DNA of 64,000 bases from an uncultured Lachnospiraceae bacterium (GCA_949155905.1 CASCWU010000004.1:174-64173), one strand, 5' to 3'; shown: positions 24,266 through 34,669, numbered from the stretch's first letter. Notes: generated by a model from the letters alone, not told the origin. Made by a program: numbers and translations.

Positions 24266-26704
24266 ATGAAGAAAACCAAGACGCCAAAAAAACTACTGGC
24301 ATTGCTTTTGCTTGCTGTCATGCTGGTCGGCACATTCGCTGCCTGCAAGGGGAAGGATAAGACAGACGGCGACGATACACAAAACCCTTCCGTCGGCAAC
24401 GATACCGAGCAGACCGGTGACAATGACAACCAGACAGACGATAATGACACAGAGACAGGCAATCCGCCTGCAGATGATGCAGAATACACCCTAAACCTGA
24501 CGCAGACCACCTCTGCTGTCCACACCTTAAACCCGCACGAATGGGAATATTCCCCGGAATATGATATTATGCAGCTGACACAGTCCGGGCTGTATGGGAT
24601 TATCTATTCCGAAACAGAGGATTTCGCCTATTCCTGTGAAATGGCAGCAGACTTCCCGACGGATGTCACCTCGGAGTATGCCGGAAATGAGACCTATGGT
24701 GTCCCGGCTGACGCGACAGAGGGCTATGCGTTCCGCATTCCGCTTCGCCAGGATGCAAAATGGGAGGACGGCACCCCAATCAATGCCGATACTTATATTT
24801 ATTCCTATCAGCAGCTATTAAGCCCGGAAATGGTAAACTACCGTGCTTCTGGCCGTTATGAGGGTACTTATGCTCTGGCCAATGCCTATCAGTATTTCCT
24901 CGGCGGCGCTGACCAGTATACCGACTATTTCAATGCAGAAACCGGAGAATATGCCGAAGTAAAAGACGGCAACCTCTATTTCAGCACGACGGAGCCGACC
25001 GCCTTCTTTGGTATGAGCCTGGCGGATGCTGCTGCCGGTGATTATGCAGAATACTTTACCGCAGAGGACGGCACAGATACCTTGGCCGCTTTGCAGACGT
25101 TGCAGGGAGACGAAGCCTGGATTCCGGTAAATGAGGAAGTTCGTACTGCTCTGGATGCGATGATTGCAGCAGTAAACGCCCATACGGATACAGCGGCTTA
25201 TGATCAGGAATATTTAGAGTTCTGTACTTATAAGGAAGAAATGGAAGCTGTCACCTGGGATCAGGTCGGCCTGGTAAAAAATGACGACTATACCCTGACC
25301 TTTATTTTTACCAAGCCTATCCTGGAAGAATTTATGTTCTATTTCGGCCATACAGGCGGTCTGTTAGTAAAAGAAGATGTTTACGAGGCCAACAAGTCCG
25401 ATATCGGCGGCTTGACCAAAACTACCTATGGAACCTCTGCTAACACCTATGTTTCCTACGGTCCGTACAAACTGACCGAGTGGCAGGCAGAAAAGGTTCT
25501 GACCGTGGAGAAAAACGATCAGTGGTTTGGCTGGAACGATCCTGCCTATGAGGGACAATATCAGGCCACCAGAATCAGCTATCAGTTCATTGATGAGCAT
25601 ACCACGGAAATGCAGTTATTTTTACAGGGAAATGTAGATACGGTGACACTGGATGCCAACGATGTCCAGACCTATGGAACGAGCGACTATGTCGTATATG
25701 AGCCTACCAGCTATACCTTTAAGCTTTCCTTTAACACCGAGAAGGAATCCTTAAAGGCCAGAGAATCCGCTGGAATCAATAAGACTATCATTACTTATGT
25801 AGACTTCCGGAAGGCCTTCTCCCTGGCTGTCAACCGTACCGAATTATGCCAGGCGGCTTTCCCTACCCACAGCGCTGCCTATGGACTTTTGAATGATCAG
25901 TATGCCTATGAAACCAACAATTTCAGCACCTACCGCGATACCGAACAGGCCAAGTCCATTCTCTGTGAGGTATATGACGCAGAAAATTATGATACGTTAA
26001 GCGGCTACAACGTAAAGGAAGCCTCTGAGCTTTTAGAAAAAGCCTATCAAGAAGCCCTGGCTGCAGGCGATATCAAGGAAAATGATAAGGTGGTACTGGA
26101 CTTTAATGTATCCGTTTCCTCCGATACCAACCAGAAGGCCATTAACTTCTTAAATGACGCTATCGTAGCCGCTGCGGTCGGAACCTCCCTGGAGGGCCGG
26201 ATCTCCGTCGAACTGAAAGAGGTAGACGACTATTATGCCGCAATGAAGGCCGGAACCGCCGATTTGATTTTCAGCGCCTGGGGCGGAAATGAAATGGATC
26301 CATATTCTCTGATGCAGTGTTATGTAGATATTGTTTATTTTGATGACGGCGAGCATGGCTTTAATGCCGAGCTGCCGCTTACCATCCAGATAGACGGAAA
26401 GGATTACACCTACTCCCTGTACGAATGGTACAAGGAGGTATGCGAGGGACAGTGGGCGCAGGCTCCTTCCGATACCCGGCTGCACATCCTGGCGAAGCTC
26501 GAGGGCGGCGTCCTGGATCAGTACTGCGGTATCCCGCTCTACTCCCGTCGGGAAGCCAACCTGCTTTCCCAGAAGGTACAGTATGTCACCGATGAATTCA
26601 GCAATGTCTATGGCTACGGTGGTATTCGGTTTATGAAATTCCTCTACAACGATGAGGAATGGGCCGCTTACTGTGCAGAACAGAACAATCAGCTTTCCTA
26701 CTAA
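24266..26704 (+). CDS. ABC transporter substrate-binding lipoprotein, family 5 (Opp/Dpp-type), unusually large
   Basis: Lipobox LVGTFAAC followed by a D/T/N-rich linker. 812 aa. It is the first gene of an operon with two Opp-type permeases and two ATPases. Confidence 0.8.
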   Translation: MKKTKTPKKLLALLLLAVMLVGTFAACKGKDKTDGDDTQNPSVGNDTEQTGDNDNQTDDNDTETGNPPADDAEYTLNLTQTTSAVHTLNPHEWEYSPEYDIMQLTQSGLYGIIYSETEDFAYSCEMAADFPTDVTSEYAGNETYGVPADATEGYAFRIPLRQDAKWEDGTPINADTYIYSYQQLLSPEMVNYRASGRYEGTYALANAYQYFLGGADQYTDYFNAETGEYAEVKDGNLYFSTTEPTAFFGMSLADAAAGDYAEYFTAEDGTDTLAALQTLQGDEAWIPVNEEVRTALDAMIAAVNAHTDTAAYDQEYLEFCTYKEEMEAVTWDQVGLVKNDDYTLTFIFTKPILEEFMFYFGHTGGLLVKEDVYEANKSDIGGLTKTTYGTSANTYVSYGPYKLTEWQAEKVLTVEKNDQWFGWNDPAYEGQYQATRISYQFIDEHTTEMQLFLQGNVDTVTLDANDVQTYGTSDYVVYEPTSYTFKLSFNTEKESLKARESAGINKTIITYVDFRKAFSLAVNRTELCQAAFPTHSAAYGLLNDQYAYETNNFSTYRDTEQAKSILCEVYDAENYDTLSGYNVKEASELLEKAYQEALAAGDIKENDKVVLDFNVSVSSDTNQKAINFLNDAIVAAAVGTSLEGRISVELKEVDDYYAAMKAGTADLIFSAWGGNEMDPYSLMQCYVDIVYFDDGEHGFNAELPLTIQIDGKDYTYSLYEWYKEVCEGQWAQAPSDTRLHILAKLEGGVLDQYCGIPLYSRREANLLSQKVQYVTDEFSNVYGYGGIRFMKFLYNDEEWAAYCAEQNNQLSY

Positions 26705-26749
26705 GACAGGACGGCTTCTAATCACAATCGCGATACAAATGTTTGAAAA

Positions 26750-26781
26750 ACAGGTAAGGCAGCGCAAGCTGCCTTGCCTGT
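26750..26781 (+). terminator. Strong intra-operon hairpin after the SBP gene (attenuator/partial terminator)
   Basis: ACAGGTAAGGCAGC-GCAA-GCTGCCTTGCCTGT, a 14-bp stem with one G-U pair. The downstream U-tract is weak (TTATAG). Confidence 0.5.
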
Positions 26782-26935
26782 TATAGCGCTTCCTTGAAGT
26801 TTTATCACTATGTATGCCTGTTTTTCTCAGCCGGAGTCTGGATTTTAGGCCAAGCTAACCGTCTGCCATCTGTTTCGCGGCCAAAGTCTGCAGCACAGAG
26901 CCTTGGGCAGAGAACAGGCAAGATTGGAGATTGTT

Positions 26936-27907
26936 ATGAAAAAATACATCGCCAAACGTATCATGCTGATGTTTGTCACAGCCTTTGTGACGATGACGGT
27001 GCTGTTCGTCCTGATTCGTCTGCTTCCGAACCACGTCCATGCGGCGCTCGGTGGCTATGCCAAACAGGAAGAAATGATGCGGGAGGCCTGGGGCTACAAC
27101 AAGCCAATCATCGTCCAATATGGTATTTTCCTAAAAAATGTTTTTACCGAATGGAACTGGGGCTTTTGTACAGAAGTCGGTACTTATTTGCAGCCGGTAA
27201 CGGAATATGTCACCTCCAAGCTTCCGGCTACGATTTATATCAACGTGATTTCCGTCGTATTCAGTATCCCGCTTGGTGTTATTTTTGGTGTGATTGCCGC
27301 CAATTACAAAAACCGCTGGCAGGATCATATTATTAACTTCTTTATTATGCTGTTTATTTCCGTGCCGTCGTTTGTCTTTGCCTTTTTCCTGCAATACATT
27401 GTCGGCTTTAAGCTGGGACTGTTACCTCTCGTGATGAAATCCGGGACGGACTATTTCACCTGGGCGATGCTGCGCTCCGCGATTATGCCGATCTTGGCTA
27501 TGTCTTTTTATATCATTGCCGGGGACATGCGTTATGTCAGAGCGGAGCTGACCGAAACCATGACCAGCGACTACATGCTTTTAGCCCGTACGAAGGGACT
27601 GACCAGACGGCAGGCATTGTTCCGCCACGCTTTGAGGAATTCCATGGTGCCGCTCGTTCCGACCTTTTTAGCAGACGTCATTTATGTCATTTCCGGCTCC
27701 ATGATCATTGAACAGATTTTTGCAGTACCTGGCATCGGCAAGGTCTTTGTCCTTTCCGTCACCTCCAGAGACTACAGCGTCCTTCAGTTCGTCGCGATGT
27801 TCTATACCTGTATCGACCTGGTGGCCGCCCTGCTGTTTGATTTAAGCTATGGTCTGATCGATCCAAGAATCCGTATGGGAGGAGGGAAAAACAATGAATT
27901 ATCCTGA
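26936..27907 (+). CDS. ABC transporter permease (OppB/DppB-like)
   Basis: Start at MKKYIAKRIM with GGAG upstream. It has multiple TM helices and the EAA-type loop ARTKGLTRRQALFRHALRNS. Confidence 0.85.
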   Translation: MKKYIAKRIMLMFVTAFVTMTVLFVLIRLLPNHVHAALGGYAKQEEMMREAWGYNKPIIVQYGIFLKNVFTEWNWGFCTEVGTYLQPVTEYVTSKLPATIYINVISVVFSIPLGVIFGVIAANYKNRWQDHIINFFIMLFISVPSFVFAFFLQYIVGFKLGLLPLVMKSGTDYFTWAMLRSAIMPILAMSFYIIAGDMRYVRAELTETMTSDYMLLARTKGLTRRQALFRHALRNSMVPLVPTFLADVIYVISGSMIIEQIFAVPGIGKVFVLSVTSRDYSVLQFVAMFYTCIDLVAALLFDLSYGLIDPRIRMGGGKNNELS

Positions 27908-29357
27908 GCATATTCCGGCCAAAAAGTTCGAGTTCGTCCAACAGGACGCCCAAATCCACGATCTGAAGTTTGAAACAGAGCCGGTTGGCTACCTAAAGGA
28001 TGCGTTCCGGCGCTTCCGTAAAAATAAAAGCTCCGTTATCGGCGGCATTGTCATTATTATCCTGATTTTATTTGCTCTGATTACACCGTTTATTTCCCGT
28101 TACGGCGTATCCGACCGAGACGCCTACTATGCGTATGCCCTGCCGAAAAACAATCTCTTTTCCAAGCTGGGCTTTTGGGACGGCTGCCAGACTGTCACCG
28201 TTAACCAACAGACCTACGACCGTTATGAGGCCATTCCGGGAGCCGTTGTCAAGCATATCAGCGAGGAAGCAGCGGATGCCAGAGACAGCCGAAAAGGAAG
28301 CACCCATAAAATCCGGCTGGATACCTACGCAAAGGTCGGCTATATTTATAAAACCATTACTGACCAGGAATACCAAGATATCCTTGCCTATGAAAAGAAA
28401 ACCGGAATCCAGGTTCTTTACCCGCTCATTGACTCCTCTCAGGTCAAGGCTGCTGCTTATCAAAACGATGCCAACGCCTGGTATCTGACCAATGAAAAGG
28501 GCGTGGCCAAACGGGATAAGGAAGGGAAACTTCGGGATATCTACTTACTGGACGAGGAGGGAAATCCCCTCTATACCAAACCGGTAGGCAACGGAACACA
28601 GCATGAGGTACGGGTTCTCTACAGCACCTGGTATCAAATGTTAAACGGCGAACATGCCAGCTTTTTATTTGGTGCAGACGCCAATGGTTACGATATCTTA
28701 GTCCGTATTGCTTCCGGCGCCAGGCTGTCCTTTTTGCTGAGTATCGGTGTTTCTGCCATCAACCTTTTCCTGGGTATTTTTATCGGCTCCTTAGAAGGCT
28801 ACTACGGCGGAAAATTTGACTTAATCATGGAACGGATCAAGGAATTTCTCTATGAAATCCCGACTATCGTCATCTTTTCCCTGTTCCAGCTCCACCTGGC
28901 CAGCAAGGTCGGCCCAGTCGTTTCCCTGCTGTTTGCCTTTATCTTCTTTGGCTGGATTCATACCTCCAGCACCGTACGCGCTCAGTTTTACCGTTTTAAG
29001 GGACAGGAATATGTCATGGCTGCCAGAACCTTAGGAGCCAAAGACAGCAGACTGATCTTCCGTCATATCCTGCCAAACGGCATCGGCTATATTATTACTG
29101 CTTCGGTATTAAGCATTCCAAGCACGATTTTATCCGAGGCTTCCCTTTCCTACCTAGGTATTTTAAACCTCCAGACCGACACGATGACCAGTATCGGAAC
29201 GATGTTAAGCAACGGCCAGTCTACGTTGTCCACCTATCCGCACTGTCTCTTCTTCCCGGCCGCCTTCATCGCTCTTTTGATGATCTGCTTTAATATGTTC
29301 GGGAACGGACTGCGCGACGCCTTTAACCCATCCCTGCGCGGTGCGGACGAGGGTTAA
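27894..29357 (+). CDS. ABC transporter permease (OppC/DppC-like) with a large extracytoplasmic loop
   Basis: GGGAGGAGGG RBS. One N-terminal TM helix is followed by a ~200-aa soluble segment and then the TM bundle with AARTLGAKDSRLIFRHILPN. Confidence 0.85.
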   Translation: MNYPEHIPAKKFEFVQQDAQIHDLKFETEPVGYLKDAFRRFRKNKSSVIGGIVIIILILFALITPFISRYGVSDRDAYYAYALPKNNLFSKLGFWDGCQTVTVNQQTYDRYEAIPGAVVKHISEEAADARDSRKGSTHKIRLDTYAKVGYIYKTITDQEYQDILAYEKKTGIQVLYPLIDSSQVKAAAYQNDANAWYLTNEKGVAKRDKEGKLRDIYLLDEEGNPLYTKPVGNGTQHEVRVLYSTWYQMLNGEHASFLFGADANGYDILVRIASGARLSFLLSIGVSAINLFLGIFIGSLEGYYGGKFDLIMERIKEFLYEIPTIVIFSLFQLHLASKVGPVVSLLFAFIFFGWIHTSSTVRAQFYRFKGQEYVMAARTLGAKDSRLIFRHILPNGIGYIITASVLSIPSTILSEASLSYLGILNLQTDTMTSIGTMLSNGQSTLSTYPHCLFFPAAFIALLMICFNMFGNGLRDAFNPSLRGADEG

Positions 29358-29403
29358 ACAGTTATGATAAATAGGATATGATAATCAGAAAGGATGGCGC
29401 TTT

Positions 29404-30792
29404 ATGAACCATTCAGAACAAAATGAGGTTATTTTGGATGTGCAGAACCTGGCGGTCTCCTTCCGTACCAACAACGGAAACGTCCAGGCCGTCAGAGACA
29501 TCTCCTTTACCTTAAAAAAAGGAGAAACCCTGGCCATCGTAGGAGAATCCGGTTCCGGCAAATCCGTAACCGGAAAGGCTATTCTTGGTATCCTGGCTCC
29601 AAACAGTATCATCGAGGGCGGCCAGATTTTATACGATGACAAGGAACTGCTGCATCTCTCCGAGGAAGAATTCAACAAGCTCCGCGGCAATAAAATTACA
29701 ATGATTTTCCAGGATCCGATGTCAAGCCTCGATCCGATCATGAAAATCGGCAAGCAGATGACGGAAGCCACCCTGCTCAATGCCAAAACCAACCGCAAAT
29801 ACGCGAAAAAAGCCTTTAAGCTCCGGCTCAAACGGCTGAAAAAGGATATGGAGGCCGCCGGTATCCCGTCCACACAGGCAAGTGAGGAAATCAAACAGTT
29901 TGAAAACCTGCTGCAATCCTATGGAGCAAATTCCAGTAAGGATGATAACACTAGCCCTAAGAACAGAGAGGCTTCCGTAATGGAAGAAAAACGCTCTGCG
30001 GTTTTAAATTCCGACTTTATCAAGCAATTCCAGGAACGGCTTATCCAGGTATTGGGCAGTGAAGGAGCAGCGAACGCCTTTCTTCACTACATGCTGGATC
30101 AGGTTGATTTGATGAACCGTTTCGTCACCAAAAAGGAAGCCTATGAGCAGGCGATCAAAATCATGGCGGACGTTGGTATCCGGGAACCGGAAAAGCGTTT
30201 TCATCAATATCCGTTTGAATTTTCCGGCGGTATGCGCCAAAGAATCGTCATCGCTATCGCTCTGGCAGCCAACCCGGATATTTTGATCTGCGACGAGCCG
30301 ACGACCGCCCTCGACGTCACGATTCAGGCACAGATTCTGGAGCTGATCGCCGATTTGAAGGAACGCCGCAGACTGTCGGTCATCTTTATCACCCACGATC
30401 TGGGGGTTGTGGCAAACATCGCCGACGAGGTGGCTGTCATGTATGCCGGGAAAATTGTCGAGCATGGTACGGTAGATGATATTTTCTACGATCCGAAGCA
30501 TCCGTATACATGGGCGCTGCTCTCTTCCATGCCGGATCTGGACACGAAGGAAACACTTTCCTCGATTCCAGGCACGCCGCCGAATATGATCCATCCGCCA
30601 AAGGGCGACGCCTTCGCTGCCCGAAACCAGTACGCGATGGCGATTGATTTTGAGGAGCAGCCTCCGCTTTTTCAGGTATCACCGACGCATTCCGCTGCTA
30701 CCTGGCTGCTTCACCCTGACGCGCCGAAGATCGATCCGCCGGAAATCGTGCTGGATCGGATCGCCCGGATGAAGCGTCTAAACGAAGAATAG
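29404..30792 (+). CDS. ABC transporter ATP-binding protein (OppD-like) with a ~110-aa insertion
   Basis: Walker A GESGSGKS, signature FSGGMRQR, Walker B ILICDEPTTALD. A long helical insert lies between the Q-loop (IFQDPMSSL) and the signature. Confidence 0.9.
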   Translation: MNHSEQNEVILDVQNLAVSFRTNNGNVQAVRDISFTLKKGETLAIVGESGSGKSVTGKAILGILAPNSIIEGGQILYDDKELLHLSEEEFNKLRGNKITMIFQDPMSSLDPIMKIGKQMTEATLLNAKTNRKYAKKAFKLRLKRLKKDMEAAGIPSTQASEEIKQFENLLQSYGANSSKDDNTSPKNREASVMEEKRSAVLNSDFIKQFQERLIQVLGSEGAANAFLHYMLDQVDLMNRFVTKKEAYEQAIKIMADVGIREPEKRFHQYPFEFSGGMRQRIVIAIALAANPDILICDEPTTALDVTIQAQILELIADLKERRRLSVIFITHDLGVVANIADEVAVMYAGKIVEHGTVDDIFYDPKHPYTWALLSSMPDLDTKETLSSIPGTPPNMIHPPKGDAFAARNQYAMAIDFEEQPPLFQVSPTHSAATWLLHPDAPKIDPPEIVLDRIARMKRLNEE

Positions 30793-30816
30793 TTGCTTTG
30801 AAAGGAGCATTTTTAT

Positions 30817-31872
30817 ATGAATGAACGGGAAACCCTGCTCCGAGTGGAGCATCTAAAACAATATTTTAAGGATGGCAAGACGGATTTTAAGGCAGTAGAC
30901 GATATCAGCTTTGAAATCAAAAAAGGAGAAATTTTCGGCCTGGTAGGGGAATCCGGCTGTGGGAAAACTACCACCGGACGCTCCATTATCAAGCTTTATA
31001 ACATCACCGGAGGTAACGTCTACTTTAAAGATCAGCGGATCAGCGCCGGTATCCGAGACTATCAGGATACGATCTGGTACTGCCGTACCAAGCTGAAAAC
31101 CGCTTCTCCAGAACAGAAAACCGAGCTGCAGCAAACCATTGCCGAGCAAAAGAAGTTGATGTCCGAGGCTATCCGGGATAACAAAAGAACCAAGAGCGTC
31201 ACCGATATCCAGATGATTTTCCAAGATCCGATTGCCTCCTTAAATCCACGTATGACGGTAGGCGAAATCATTTCCGAGGGCTTGATCATCAAAGGAATCA
31301 AGGACAAGCAGGCGATCATGGAAAAAGTCTATAACATCCTGGAGACGGTCGGTCTGGTACGGGAACATGCCACCCGTTATCCACACGAATTTTCCGGCGG
31401 ACAGCGGCAGCGTATCGGTATCGCCAGAGCAGTTATCATGAACCCGGAGCTGATCATCGCCGACGAGCCAGTCAGCGCCCTTGACGTATCGATCCAGGCG
31501 CAGGTCATCAACCTGCTAAGCGACCTGCGAGATAAAATGGATCTGACCATTCTGTTTATCGCCCACAACCTGTCCGTCGTCAAATATTTTTCTGACCGGA
31601 TTGCCGTGATGTATTTTGGCAAAATCGTGGAGCTGGCAGATTCTGACGAGCTGTTTTTGCACCCGCTCCACCCTTATACGAAGTCCCTGCTTTCCGCGAT
31701 TCCGTATCCGGATCCGCACTATGAAAAGAAGCGTGTCCGCATGCTTTACAACCCGGAGGAGGCGCACGATTACAGCCGCGAACAACCGGAACTGATTGAG
31801 CTTCTGCCAGGACATTTTGTGAGCTGCAACAGTGTGGAGGCAGTACGGTATAAGAAGGAATTAGGGATTTAG
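30817..31872 (+). CDS. ABC transporter ATP-binding protein (OppF-like) with a ~55-aa insertion
   Basis: Walker A GESGCGKTT, signature FSGGQRQR, Walker B LIIADEPVSALD. An insert (RDYQDTIWYCRTKLKTASPEQKTELQQTIAEQKKLMSEAIRDNK) lies before the Q-loop. Confidence 0.9.
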   Translation: MNERETLLRVEHLKQYFKDGKTDFKAVDDISFEIKKGEIFGLVGESGCGKTTTGRSIIKLYNITGGNVYFKDQRISAGIRDYQDTIWYCRTKLKTASPEQKTELQQTIAEQKKLMSEAIRDNKRTKSVTDIQMIFQDPIASLNPRMTVGEIISEGLIIKGIKDKQAIMEKVYNILETVGLVREHATRYPHEFSGGQRQRIGIARAVIMNPELIIADEPVSALDVSIQAQVINLLSDLRDKMDLTILFIAHNLSVVKYFSDRIAVMYFGKIVELADSDELFLHPLHPYTKSLLSAIPYPDPHYEKKRVRMLYNPEEAHDYSREQPELIELLPGHFVSCNSVEAVRYKKELGI

Positions 31873-31980
31873 CAGAGTGAACGGGCGTTTATATACTTTC
31901 TGCCTGAATATGTTTTCTGCCTGAATACAATCTCTGAGAATGAAATGGTTAAATAGGAAACAAGGAAAGGAAGTTATACG

Positions 31981-32436
31981 ATGTTTCAGCTCTTTCAATC
32001 AAAAAAAGGGTCCACAAAATTTGCAGATTCTGCAGAATCCATCAGAGAAACACTCCGCCGTCTGGCCTTCTCCTTTCTGGGAGGGCTGCTTCTGGCGACC
32101 GCGGTCTTTTTCTATGAGGGCTTTTTGTACCGCCCGGACACGCTTCCTTTCCTCCATCAGCTCAGCGACGCTTGTACGGTTTCCGGCCTGCTCCTCCTCT
32201 GCGCCGGAATGTTCGCCTTTGTGTTAAACGGGGGAGGTTTTGATGCCTTTGCCTATATCGGACACCGCTTCCGCTGGAGCTTTTCCCGGCAGCTGCGGGC
32301 AGAGGAACCACGGCTGACTCCTTATCATGAATTTCTTCAGAAAAGACGGGAGAAAGGGAAACGTTCCGTCGGGCATCTGTTTGCGGCAGGGGGCGTATTT
32401 TTGCTGGTGGGGATTTTGGCGGCGATGCTTTGCTGA
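31981..32436 (+). CDS. Small membrane protein (DUF3899-like)
   Basis: 151 aa with three hydrophobic helices and a GGGFDAFAYIGHRFRWSF segment. The family assignment is from memory only. Confidence 0.4.
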   Translation: MFQLFQSKKGSTKFADSAESIRETLRRLAFSFLGGLLLATAVFFYEGFLYRPDTLPFLHQLSDACTVSGLLLLCAGMFAFVLNGGGFDAFAYIGHRFRWSFSRQLRAEEPRLTPYHEFLQKRREKGKRSVGHLFAAGGVFLLVGILAAMLC

Positions 32437-32490
32437 TTCCAGAACGCCTCCAGCATTCTTACGACAGCGCACAAGCCTATCCCCATCCGT

Positions 32491-32676
32491 TTATCCGCCT
32501 GATCCGCTAAAAACAGGGGAATATTCAGCAGCAAAGTTTCTAAGGCTCTCGCTTGTCACATTTGCCTCCGCCTTTACTTCTATCGGAATCATTTCATTTT
32601 TCCGCTGGATCAAAAAATCAACCTCATAAGGCGGATTGCTCTGCGACCAGTAGCAGGACGCATTACTCTTGGGCAA
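32491..32676 (-). pseudogene. C-terminal remnant of an AAA_14/DUF4143-type ATPase gene
   Basis: CYWSQSNPPYEVDFLIQRKNEMIPIEVKAEANVTSESLRNFAAEYSP matches the conserved C-terminus (YW..EVDFLI...IPIEVKA....SL..F) of these ~400-aa proteins. Everything upstream is missing, because the nitrilase-family gene ends 36 bp away. Confidence 0.55.
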
Positions 32677-32712
32677 TCCTAGATTTCGTCAAAAATCACC
32701 CGCGACAAAATA

Positions 32713-33573
32713 TTATCTATTCAGATTTTTATACGCCTTTGTCTTTCTGTATTTTCCCAAATCCTCCCTTTCTCTGTATGCCCTGATTTCCTCTATATCA
32801 AACTCCACATAGTAGATCGTCTCCTCCAGCTCGTCCCCTACAAACATCGTATTATCAAGAGACTCCCCTTCCTTTGTCCATACCATAGGGCTAAAGGCAC
32901 AGGAATTTCCCATTCCCTTTGCCGGTGGATTTGCCATCGCGATACCTACCATATTTTCCATAGCCCGCACAGACAGCTCCCGCAATCTAGGAGGCATCCC
33001 GCCGCAGCTATTCGGATGGAGAATAAGCTCCGCTCCCTTTAACATCAATTCTCTGGCGCTCTCCGGGTATTCCCTATCATAGCAAATCATACATCCTAAG
33101 GTGATTCCGTCAAACTGGCACACCGGAAAAGAATCGCCTGATTCAAGGTATCGTTCCCAGTCAAAATCACAGGTATGTACCTTGGAATATTTTAAAATCA
33201 CCCTTCCGTCCCGGTCAATCAGCCATGCCGTATTTTGCGGATATTGCTTCCCTTTGGAAAAGCCGGTTATGACCACCCCTATTTTCAGTTCGGCGGCAAG
33301 TGCCGTTATTTGCACAAAATGTTCTTCCTCCTCTGTCAACGCATTTTCGCACCATGCCAGAAATTCCGGGTGATGCTCTATTTCCTGAACCGGCAATAAC
33401 TTCTCGCAAATATCCGGTGCCGCATATGCTGTCAGAAAACATTCCGGGAATAATACCAAATCTGCACCGTTTTTGCTGGCCTCCTGGATAAGCCTGATAG
33501 CTGTTTTGGTATTCTGCTCCACATCCGGCATAATCGTATCATATTGAACAAGTGCTACCTTCCATTTTTTCAT
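32713..33573 (-). CDS. Carbon-nitrogen hydrolase (nitrilase superfamily) protein
   Basis: Start at MKKWKVALVQYD with a CAGGAGG RBS. The E-K-C triad context is LVLFPECF ... LGCMICYDREYPE. Confidence 0.8.
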   Translation of the reverse strand: MKKWKVALVQYDTIMPDVEQNTKTAIRLIQEASKNGADLVLFPECFLTAYAAPDICEKLLPVQEIEHHPEFLAWCENALTEEEEHFVQITALAAELKIGVVITGFSKGKQYPQNTAWLIDRDGRVILKYSKVHTCDFDWERYLESGDSFPVCQFDGITLGCMICYDREYPESARELMLKGAELILHPNSCGGMPPRLRELSVRAMENMVGIAMANPPAKGMGNSCAFSPMVWTKEGESLDNTMFVGDELEETIYYVEFDIEEIRAYREREDLGKYRKTKAYKNLNR

Positions 33574-33784
33574 AAAAACCTCCTGTTGATTGAGACGATA
33601 ACTCTCAAAAAATGTTTCACATGTGATATTTTTATTATAGCATATCACCCGTGTCCTTTCCAATCCTTTCTGAAACAAAGTTCTTTTTTTACAAAGCCTC
33701 TGCTATTTGACAAACATACAAAAATAGGCTACCATCCTAATAAAAAGCTTTCTTGCTACAAACAGGATAATGGAGGTAGAAGCC

Positions 33785-34669
33785 ATGCTCAGGCAAATCA
33801 AATACTTTCAGGCAGTCGTCCGCTGCGGCAGCTTCACGGAGGCCGCAGAGGACTGTTATATTTCCCAATCCGCCATTTCCCAGCAAATACAAGCACTGGA
33901 GCAAGAGCTGGGCCTCACGCTTCTGGAGCGTAAAAACCGGCGCTTTACTTTGACTGCTGCCGGAAAGCATTTCTATGAAAAAAGTCTAATTCTGACCGCG
34001 GATTTTGACAAGCTTTGTATGGAAACCCTGCGGATTGCCCGTGGAGAAGTACCGCAGCTTCATGTCGGCTGTCTCCAGGGCTACAGCGGACAGGAATTCC
34101 AGCAGGCTTTGGCGGAGTTCACAGAAAAACACCCAGATATCGCTCTCCATATCAGCAACGGCACCCATGAAGAGCTTTATGAAGAACTGATTTCCGGGCG
34201 GCTGGATCTGATATTCAACGATCAGCGTCGTGCCTTTTATGAGGAATACCAAAACTGGATTCTGGCTGTTCGTCCTTGTTATATTGAACTCTCTGCCCGC
34301 CATCCACTTGCCACGCAGGGGCAGGTAGAGCTTGCCGAGTTAAAACAGCTTCCTTGCATTTTAGTAGCTCCTAAAAAGCAACGTAAGACAGAGGAAAGCT
34401 TTTACCGGGAGGTCATCGGCATCCAGGGAGAATTTCTTTTTGCGGAAAATATCGAAGAAGCCAGACTGCTTCTCGTCAGCGGCAGAGGCTTTATGCCGAT
34501 AGAGGGCGGCGGATCGCCCATCACAGGGCCTTCTCTCTGCCGTATCCTGCTGCTGCGTAACGGCCAGCCCATCAACCGCAACTATTGCGTCTTTTGGAAG
34601 CTGGAGCATACGACGGATTCTATACAAGAATTCGGAGAACTCCTCAAAGCACAGTTTCCAGAGATGTGA
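33785..34669 (+). CDS. LysR-family transcriptional regulator
   Basis: MLRQIKYFQAVVRCGSFTEAAEDCYISQSAISQQIQALEQELGLTLLER is a canonical LysR HTH. GGAGG lies 8 nt before the ATG at 33785. Confidence 0.9.
   Translation: MLRQIKYFQAVVRCGSFTEAAEDCYISQSAISQQIQALEQELGLTLLERKNRRFTLTAAGKHFYEKSLILTADFDKLCMETLRIARGEVPQLHVGCLQGYSGQEFQQALAEFTEKHPDIALHISNGTHEELYEELISGRLDLIFNDQRRAFYEEYQNWILAVRPCYIELSARHPLATQGQVELAELKQLPCILVAPKKQRKTEESFYREVIGIQGEFLFAENIEEARLLLVSGRGFMPIEGGGSPITGPSLCRILLLRNGQPINRNYCVFWKLEHTTDSIQEFGELLKAQFPEM

Noticed and set aside
26794-27336. 180-aa + strand ORF overlapping the start of the OppB-like permease
   Set aside because: It is in a different frame from the well-supported permease gene, whose ATG at 26936 has an RBS. 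The sequence is Cys/Arg-rich and non-membrane, and it begins inside the SBP terminator hairpin region.
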